64,000 nt of DNA from Octopus sinensis (Eukaryota), in assembly GCF_006345805.1 (NCBI RefSeq), contig NC_043014.1, forward strand, positions 23,188,001 to 23,252,000, given 5' to 3'. Each line of letters opens with the position of its first letter. Within the stretch, counting starts at the first letter, position 1. Of this stretch, positions 54,727 through 64,000 are shown piece after piece. A program made the translations under genes and the position numbers. Under the pieces are notes generated by a model. It was not told where the DNA came from. It saw only the letters and a program-made list of their open reading frames with translations, and ran no database searches.

Positions 54727-54787
<61 letters not shown>

Positions 54788-54936
54788 CATAGCGCGGAAA
54801 ACGGACGTTAAACGATGATGATGATGATGATACATATACATAGTAGTAGAATAGTAAAAAATACATACATACATACAAGCATACGTAATAATAATAATAA
54901 TAATAAGTGGATGTAAACACATGAACAAAATAAGAA

Positions 54937-56310
54937 AAAACACCTTCCAAAGACCCGGCAAGACTAGTCAGGCCATAAACCATGGCCCCTACCTGGGACG
55001 TAGTCAGTCCACCTGTGCATACCTTCCTCCTTGTGATACTTGTGAAGGCCTGTTGAGGCAAGTGAAAATCAAAATCAAATCAAAATAGATGAACATCAAT
55101 GGAATTTGTATCTTTGTGGTACCAGTGCCGGTGGCACACAAGAGAAAACCATCCGAAAGTGGCCGTAGCCAGTACCGCATCGACTGGCCTCCGTGCTGTG
55201 GGCACATGACAAACAGCATCCGATCGTGGCCGTTCGCCAGCCTCATCTAGCACCTGTGTCGGTGGCACATAAAAACACCATCCGAAGACCCGGCAAGACT
55301 AGTCAGGCCATAACCCATGGCCTGGGACGTAGTCAGTCCACCTGTGCATACCTTCCTTCTTGTGACACTTGTGAAGACCTGTTGAGGCAAGTGAAAATCA
55401 AATCAAAACAAATCAAAATAGATGAACATCAATGGAATCTGTATCTTTGTGGTACCAGTGACGGTGGCACACACTTTGTGGTACCAGTGCCGGTGGCACA
55501 CAAGAGAACCATCCGAACGTGGCCGTAGCCAGTTCCGCATCGACCGGCCTCCGTGCTGTGGGCACGTAACAAACACCATCCGATCATGGCCGTTCGCCAG
55601 CCTCATCTGGCACCTGTGTCGGTGGCACATAAAAACACCTTCCGAAGACCCGGCAAGACTAGTCAGTCCACCTGTGCATACCTTCCTTCTTGTGACACTT
55701 GTGAAGACCGGTTGAGGCAAGTGAAAATCAAATCAAATCAAAATAGACAAAATAGATGAACATCAATGGAATTTGTATCCTGTGGTACCAGTGCCTGTGG
55801 CACACAAGAAATCCATCAGTGCCGTAGTCAGTGCGGTGGGCACATGACAAACACCATCCGATCGTGGCCGTTCGCCAGCCTCATCTAGCACCTGTGTCGG
55901 TGGCACATAAAAACACCATCCGAGCGTGGCCGTCTGCCAGCCTCGTCTGGCACCTGTGTCGGTGGCACATAAAAACACCATCCGAGCGTGGCCATCTGCC
56001 AGCCTCGTCTGGCACCTGTGTCGGTGGCACATAAAAAACACCATCCGAGCGTGGCCGTCTGCCAGCCTCGTCTGGCACCTGTGTCGGTGGCACATAAAAA
56101 CACCATCCGAGCGTGGCCGTTTGCCAGCCTCGTCTGGCACCTGTGTCAGTGGCACATAAAATCACCCACTACACTCTCGAGTGGTTGGCGTTAGGAAGGG
56201 CATCCAGCTGTAGAAACACTGCCAGATCTGACTGGACTGGTGCAGCTTTCGGGCCCCCCAGACCCCAGTTGAACCGTCCAACCCATGCTAGCATGGAAAG
56301 CGGACGTTAA

Positions 56311-56342
<32 letters not shown>

Positions 56343-56544
56343 ATATATACATACTCATATATATACACTCACACACATATATATATGTGTGTGTATATAT
56401 ATATACATACACATATATATATACATACATATATGTATATATATATACATATATATATAATATATATATATATATACATACATATATATACATATACATA
56501 TATATACATTTATATATATATATACATATACATATATTTATACA

Positions 56545-56632
<88 letters not shown>

Positions 56633-56781
56633 CATAGCGCGGAAAACGGACGTTAAACGATGATGATGATGATGATACATATACATAGTAGTAGAATAGT
56701 AAAAAATACATACATACATACAAGCATACGTAATAATAATAATAATAATAAGTGGATGTAAACACATGAACAAAATAAGAA
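54937..56781 (+). repeat. Tandem direct duplicate of 51495-54936, lacking the HHR array
   Basis: Collinear RTE-UTR repeats, (TGA)n tail, TA/CA microsatellite and the downstream 'catagcgcggaaaacggacgttaaacg...gaacaaaataaga' block. Junction in an A-run. Confidence 0.88.
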
Positions 56782-57244
56782 TAAACAAAAACAAATTACA
56801 CGAATGTATATAAACAGAAGATATAAATATTACAGGCATTTCCCACCCACACACACACAGTAACTAAACATAGGTGCGCAAATGAGGACTCATACAATAG
56901 AAATACAAAATGGCTGACGGTTAGTAAGGAGAGACACACAAATAAGAAAGAAGAAAGCAAAGGACCACTGATGCGGTCACAGGAGTGTGACGAAAGAACT
57001 CTGACCGAAATAAGATTAAGTTTAATGTAAAAAATAAAAAATAAATATCACTGAAGCAAAGTAACACCAAATATATAGTGCGTGTGTTTTTATTGGCTAA
57101 ACTGGCAAAATGACCATTCCGAAATACAACAATATGTGTTTCAACACACGATTTCACATAAAAAAATTTGCACGTGACCTCGTGTGTACCATTAGCGATT
57201 TTTTTCCCTCTCTCTTCCCTTCTCTGGATCTTTCCTTCTCCTAT

Positions 57245-57279
57245 GTTTCTGACGAAGAGCTCCGTTCGAAATGTTAAAC
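57245..57279 (+). ncRNA. Minimal type I hammerhead-like motif
   Basis: GTTT CTGACGA A GAGC-tcc-GTTC GAAA TGTT AAAC. Stem I GTTT/AAAC, near-palindromic stem III, one extra A before stem II. Confidence 0.6.
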
Positions 57280-57812
57280 CCTCCTTCTTTCCTGAGCGTC
57301 CAATAATACTATATTTGTTCCACGTCCTCGCGTTGTTGTGTTTTTTTTTTGTGCTTTCTTGTTTGGATTAACTATATATATATATGTATATATATGTATG
57401 TATATAAATATAAATCTCTTATGATAAAAGGCAGATTTTCTCTGCCTCCAGAATCGTTCGTTTTTTATACAATTGTACAATATAGAAGTTCTTCACTTGG
57501 AATTTACCTATGATTTTTCCGAGTAGATTCCATTGGGTCATGGCATGTAAAGTTTTTTCAATTTGACCCCCAATTAAGCAAATATTCGAGAAAACTCAAT
57601 ATTTTACGATTTGCCTCTCTCATTTCAAGTGCTTCACTCCTTCCATTACCACTACACTTTCTCCTCCTTTCTCTTTGCAAGTGTGCAACAATTAAAGTGA
57701 AAGTATTTATATAACAGGGATGAGCCATTAATACTGATCATCCTTTTTGCTAGAGGAAGATCCGCTATGGTCTTATATGCTACACCACTGGTTTTCAATT
57801 CATATTAATCAA

Positions 57813-60181
57813 GGAACATGGTAAACGTTGGTCTCTGCACATTTTCAGTTTTTATTGCTCCTGAGCATCTGCCACAGACAAAAACTATTTTCCTAGTTAG
57901 CCTTCCTTTGACATTGCTACACCTCTTATGTGTCCATAGCTTGCACTTGGTGCACCTTATAGAGTTTCTACCTACACCTTTTTTATAGATCGAGCAGGGC
58001 CATCTACCTGAAAGCGTTTGTGACTTGTCTACATTCCTACTTATTAGGACTTTGGTTTTGGCTAGATTGATTCTGAGGCCCTTCAATTCTAGACCTTGCT
58101 TCCACACCTGAAACTTCTCCTCCAGTTCTGATTGTGACTCAGCAATTAGAGCAAGGTCATCAGCATAGAGGAGCTCCCAGGGGCATCCAGTCTTGAATTC
58201 CTCCGTTATTGCCTGGAGGACTATGATAAATAGGAGGGGACTGAGGACTGAACCTTGGTGGACCCCAACCTCTACCCTGAATTCTTCACTGTACTCGATG
58301 CCAACCCTCACCTTACTAGCAGCGTCTCTGTACATGGCTTGTACAGCTCTCACTAACCATTCATCTATCCCTACTTTCCTCATTGACCACCAGATAAGGG
58401 ATCGGGGGACCCTGTCGAAGGCTTTCTCCATATCAACAAAAGCCAGGTATAGGGGCTTGTCTTTGGCTAGGTATTTCTACTGCAGCTGTCTTACCATGAA
58501 AATAGCATCAGTAGTACTTTTCCCTGGCATGAACCCAAACTGCATCTGATCTAGCCTAACTCTCTCTCTAATTAGTTGGGCTATAACCCTCTCCATAACC
58601 TTCATTACCTGATCCAGCAGCTTGATACCCCCGTAGTTATTTGTATCTAGGGCGTCACCTTTACCTTTGTAGCAGCTGACTATTATGCTGCTACACCAGT
58701 CATTGGGTATGACTCCTTCGTGTATCACCTGGTTTACTATACGGGTGAGTAGGCTATAGCCGACACTACCAGATATTTTGAGCATCTCTGCAGTAATACC
58801 TGATGGGCCTGGGGCTTTCCCTGTTTTCATGCCTTAACTACTAAGGAACTGTCAACTTGGATTGCTGGTCCCTCTGTTGGGTCGACATTCGGCAGACTCT
58901 CTTTATCCCATTCATTTTCTTTATTCAGCAACCTTTCATAGTGGCGTCTCCAAACCTCTCTCTTTGCATCCTCATTTAGCGCAAGTGAACCGTCATCCTT
59001 GCGAACACATTTCTTTCCTACTACATCACGATTCTCTCTCACACACTGTCTTGCAACACGAAATACCTCAAGTCTTTCATCCAGGTCATTGGCAAATTTT
59101 TTCTTATCTGCTTCCCCTCTGGCTAAATACACCTGCCTCCTAGCTTCCCTTCTGGCAGTCTGATACACTTCCCTGCTACCACCATTCTTCCAGTCCTTCC
59201 AAGCCTGTTTCTTTTCTCTAATAGCCCTGTCAACAGTATTGTTCCACCACCACGTTATTTTGGGTCTTGTGGGGACTTTGCACCAGCCACAGATCTGGTC
59301 AGTGGCTTTCAGCAGGTTGTCCCTTAGAAGCGTCCAGTTGTCTTCTACCCCATGTGTAGCTATACCCCCTTCTATTTCGTCAAAGGCTTCAAGTAACATC
59401 TCTCTAAATCTCTGTCCATTTGCAGGGTCTTTAAGCTTCCAGACCCTTCTTCTCCATGTTGGTCGTCTTCTAGTCGTCCTCTTAGTCCTGATCCTAAAGT
59501 CACTAACTACCAGTCTATGTTGTGGGGTACATTCTTCGCCTGGGAAGGTTTTGGCATTTATAAGCAGCCATCTTTCCCTTTTTCTGGCAAGGATGTAGTC
59601 GATTTGGCTAGGATGCCGGCCCGATCGGTAGGTGACCAGGTGGCTTGTTTCCTGAAGTTAGTGTTGCAAACCATAAGACTATTCGCATCGCAGAACTCCA
59701 GCAGCCTGGTTCCCTCCTTGTTGCGGGAACCATAACCGTAGCCTCCATGCATGCCATGGAAGCCCCCAGCACATCGTCCAACATGCCAATTGAAGTCACC
59801 AGCCACAAAGAGAAGGTCCCTGTCGTTCGTCAATGAGGTGGTCTGCAGTAGGGTGTCATAGAAACAGTCTTTCCGTCCATCAGGTAGCCCTGGCTGAGGG
59901 GCATAGGCCGATATAATAGTTGCTAAACTATGATGGAGCACTAATCTAATCTTCAATATTTTGTCACATACTCTGACTACCTCGATTACCTTATCTACCC
60001 ATTTTTCGGCGATAAGCATGCCCACACCCCCGACCCCATCAGTATTCCCAGCCCAGAAAATCTTGTACCTCTGTCCTTTGCCTGTGAGGAACCTAGCAGA
60101 ACCTCCTCTCCACCTCACTTCTTGAATGCAGCATATATCAACACACCTGCGTTCAAGCAATTCGACAATCTCGCCAGACAT
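57813..60181 (-). mobile_element. RTE LINE (APE endonuclease plus RT N-half), truncated at both ends
   Basis: VDICCIQEVRW, ISAYAPQ, VAGDFN, LLEFCDAN, KTGKAPGPSG, YKGKGD, QFGFMPGKSTTDAIF, DMEKAFDRVP, GVHQGSVLSP, LLYADDL. Confidence 0.93.
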
Positions 60182-60239
60182 GCCTTATATATCTATAGTC
60201 CTTCAGGAACTGCCCCCAAGTCCTTTTACTCTCCTTTCG

Positions 60240-60576
60240 ACGCTCATATCAATGGATATTTCGTTGCACATAACATTTCCTTTTCAAATCGTTATACAGC
60301 AGCACGAGGCCAGGTTTTTTTTATATCCTGTAGCACATTTCCATCACTTTCTTAGGCTGGTCTTTTCCTTCTTCAACTGCTTCATTTTCCTGATCCTCCT
60401 GCTTGTCAACACTTTCCTTTCGCTAATCGGATATTCTCTTTCACTCCAAATAATTCCTTTCCTGTATCATATATTGAGCTTGTTAATTTTCCCAGTTTCT
60501 CCACTGTAGAGCCTGTCATTTTATAAATAGCTCGACATACCTTGTTTTCAAATTCTTTATATTTCCCTTTCTCAAC
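60240..60576 (-). pseudogene. Relic of an RLE-type non-LTR element (HERO/NeSL-like pre-RT region)
   Basis: STVEKLGKLTSSIYDTGKELFGVKE..SRRIRKMKQLKKEKTSLRK*WK resembles the pre-RT region of HERO-type ORFs (from recall, not a search). Confidence 0.5.
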
Positions 60577-60826
60577 TATGTATATATATACAAAAAAGGG
60601 GCAAAAACACAAAACATCGAAACACACGATACAAAGGAAACAAGGACAGCTCATTCAGAGTTTTTTTTCCTCAGTCGAGTTCTAGATTATCTTTGCAATT
60701 TTGGATGGTTATACTTGAGATTGCTCCAATCTGGCCAATCTATATATACATATAAATATACATATATATATATACATATATATACATATATATATATATT
60801 TGGAAAGTGGACATTAAACAATGATG

Positions 60827-60870
<44 letters not shown>

Positions 60871-60890
60871 TGTGTGTGCGTATTTCATTT

Positions 60891-61111
60891 TAGGGATAAG
60901 CAAGTTAAACAGATCAATATATAAAGTTTATTAAATACTTGAAATGCAAGAAATGTATACGTGTTTACATACAAAAAGGTCCCTTTAATTGTCTATATCA
61001 TTTGTATTCTGTGTAAGTTGGACTTTTTATAAGTAAACATATATACAATTTTTGTGTTTTATGTATTTCAACATACTTTATTTATTGATCTGTCTAACTT
61101 GCTTATCCCTA
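60891..61111. mobile_element. MITE (221 bp) with about 29-bp TIRs
   Basis: TAGGGATAAGCAAGTTAAACAGATCAATA (60891-60919) versus TATTGATCTGTCTAACTTGCTTATCCCTA (61083-61111), one mismatch. Confidence 0.7.
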
Positions 61112-61258
61112 TATTTAATTCTATACCTTCTCAAGTTTAAATTTCTTGAGCACTACAAAAGTGTATTCTATACAGAGAATATCTGATTCTCATGTGTGTG
61201 TGTATATATAAAACCCCACTAGAATGGGAGAAAGCGCTAATATATGATCTAAGTTATT

Positions 61259-62763
61259 TCTATATATATAAAACTGAGAATGTGTGTCTGTCTGTCTGTT
61301 TCCCTAAAACTTGAGAACTACACAGCCAATTTCATTCAAATTTCACACATGCCTTACTTAGGGTCCGGGGAGTGTCACCGGCAAAAGAAATTTTTAACTT
61401 TTTGCCTAGGGCGAGCCCATACCAATATCATATCTTCTCCACTATTTCAGTATTATGTGTTAAAAGTGAAACAAAAACATCTCTCTATTTTATGTCAGAT
61501 ACTTTCACTTTAACAATAGAAATTAGAGATAATAATAACAATTGAATTATATGTAGTAAGTAATAATTAAAATCAAACTAAAGTATAATATAATAATTAA
61601 ATCATGACATAACAATTAAAAGTAAAAATAGCAATTGGTATAAAATCGCATCAATGACTTGAACTTGAATAAGTGGTTTCACATGAATGGGAATAAATAA
61701 AAAATAAAATTAGTGTGCAGAAATGGAATAGTCCAGATGGAGGTGTGCACATACCCTTTACCACAACTCTTACATTAGATTATCTGCTAATTAGCTAACA
61801 TTAAGTATCTATATGAAGTTTGGCTGAATGTAATGTCTGTTTTCTCAAACACACGCTTCTACTGAGTACTGCTGTTGATTTATTACTGATCCATAAAGGA
61901 CTATAGCTTCAACTGAGTACTGCTTTTTGATTCACCGTAAGGTTTGTTGTTATTATTATTACTGTTTAACTATTGTTATCACGTTTGTTGGTTCCTCGTA
62001 AGGGAAGCATTGTTGTGTTGCATTTGTTAAATAATTGTAAACCATAACCCTCCCCCTTTGGCAGAAGGAACTTTGGTTATTGTTTAAAAATTGAATTGTG
62101 TCCCTGTTTGGGGAAATTGACAATATTTTCACCGTTTATTCGGAAGCATTTTTGTTAAAATGTCTTCGATAGAAGAAAGTCCAAAAATGAATTTTGCTGC
62201 TTCTGTCGGCGGGCGCGAACTCATTAAAATTAAAATGTAAGAAATACAAACCTATTTCGGAATGATCACCGACAGAGATGGTGAATCTAGGATAACACCA
62301 CCAAACGAAATAAAAAATTAAATTAAAGAAAAGTCTATTGTCTATAAAGTATACAATGTAGAGAAAAAAAAGATTTGAACACCTGGAGGAAAACACCATC
62401 GAAAAGTGTCTTGGTGCGACTATGAAAGATATCTAACCAGAGGTGGTAAATTCACCACATTAGAAGCAAGGTTTGAGTCAACGGAGCGTGCAAGGGAGTA
62501 CTCGACTCGAACCTTGCAAAGTGGAAATATTTTATTTTTACCTTTATATCTGGGACATAGGACGTCCCGGATAAAAATTTAAAATGTCCCCACAGAAGTA
62601 GCGGTAGGCTGGATTGTAGCCACACTTCTATACAAGAGGGAGGACAAGATACAATTGTACAAAATTGCAAGAGACAGGCCTACAATTCCGGTCTGTTATA
62701 TATTTTGAGTATTGTTATCACTAGCGATATCAAGATATAACTTAGTATTTTGTATTTTATGTG

Positions 62764-62801
<38 letters not shown>

Positions 62802-62873
62802 TGCACATGTAATATGTACACATATATACATGCACTACCACTATGACCCGGCGTTGCCGGGTCATAATGCTAG
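61259..62873 (+). mobile_element. Non-autonomous Helitron
   Basis: 5' TC-TATATATATAAAA..(GTCT)n start. 3' 11-bp hairpin TATGACCCGGC-GTT-GCCGGGTCATA (62842-62866) followed by CTAG|T (62870-62874), which are canonical Helitron termini. Confidence 0.8.
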
Positions 62874-64000
62874 TATGATGTATAAAAACATGTAATATAC
62901 AAATAAATTTCTGTAAATATAAAACCATCCGAATTTCTGAGTACCTCATTTCTTCTAATATATATAAATATATATATGTATGTTTGTTTGTTTATATATG
63001 TATGTATAAATATATATATATTGTATATGGTGCAAAAAAAAGATATAATATGAAAACAAAGGAAATGTTTTACTTTTTGAGTACACACTCTTTTTCTGAA
63101 TAAAAGAACATACAAGGAGAGAAAGAAAAAAACTGCGTTTCAAGGCAAGTTTCTTCATTCTTTCTGTATTAGAAATTGTTCAGAATGAGTATAAGTTAAA
63201 TTTAAATTAAATTTAAGGTTGACAGCATTAAAATGCAGTACTCAAACTTTGCTTCGGGTAACTCGCAGGTATGTGCCTGCAGAGTACGTTCACCACTTAC
63301 AAACTACCAGGCGTTATCCACGGTACTGTGCTTTCGTCACTGGATCTATGTATGGAATTCCTATGTGCACATTATGTATATTGTAAATGATTGATGTAGA
63401 AGAGAGTGTGTAACTAGAAGCTTTATTTAGGACAACAGTTGTTTCAGTTGCCTTCTGCACTGCTCCCTAGTGGGTGGGGAACAATGTAATGATATCAGAT
63501 GCATCTTGCAGTGCAAATGAGCCTCATCAGGTGAAGTAATATACTTCAAAAGTTATAAGATTTACATTTCACTCCAAGCTAAATGCTGATGGTATTATGG
63601 TGTGTTGCTAGTAGTTTGCATACAGTGGTGAAGTAACAATACTGTATACAGGAAGTGGTTGACAAAAAAAAAAGATTATAATGTAAAGGTGGGGAGGTAT
63701 TATTGGCAATGGATTGAAAGGCCCGAAAACACATAGAGACCTTTGATGGCTGGTTATGGCATCAAGAATTTAGTAGGGGTGTGATTCCTTTAGACTTGAT
63801 GGCTGCTTAATTGCCCTATGGCCCATATTAATATAGGAACATACATCGATTCACACCTACACTTATATAGACACACATACAAGTACACACTCACATACAC
63901 ATGCATTTATACACCACCACTCAGCATAAGTATATAGGCACAGCCATCTATTTATACATACACACACACACACACACACATACATATGTGCATGTAAAGA

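Larger units (their letters stand above)
53095..54727. mobile_element. Retrozyme-like array: 353-bp HHR-containing monomer, about 2.9 copies on minus (53095-54120) and about 1.7 copies on plus (54121-54727)
   Basis: Units start at 53095, 53447 and 53800. Inverted units at 54121-54326, 54327-54679 and 54680-54727. Three differences found among copies. Flanked by CATATATATATA at 53083-53094 and 54728-54739. Confidence 0.88.

Overview
AT-rich, repeat-dominated eukaryotic genomic DNA with a 100-N scaffold gap at 16924-17023. The SINE, RTE and microsatellite repertoire looks like octopus or another coleoid cephalopod (inference from pattern recognition). I found no host gene I can name, and no rRNA, true tRNA or CRISPR. 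Most ORFs in the track are microsatellite artefacts. The real coding remnants are all transposon-derived: three Penelope-like elements (RT and/or GIY-YIG), several RTE LINEs, a Tx1/L1-like LINE, R4-like and HERO/NeSL-like relics, two mariner remnants and a Helitron helicase. The main signal is a set of hammerhead ribozymes (HHRs). At 53095-54727 a 353-bp, apparently non-coding monomer carrying a canonical type I HHR is repeated about 4.6 times (5 ribozymes). It is arranged as a head-to-head inversion with a 16-nt overlap, which looks like twin priming, and is flanked by a 12-bp target-site duplication in (TA)n. A neighbouring tandem duplicate preserves the empty site. This looks like a young retrozyme-type (circRNA) insertion. 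Four or five other unrelated HHR or HHR-derived motifs occur elsewhere, including a U3:A8 compensatory-core variant in a 1.1-kb inverted Penelope pair. All alignments and structures were read by eye.
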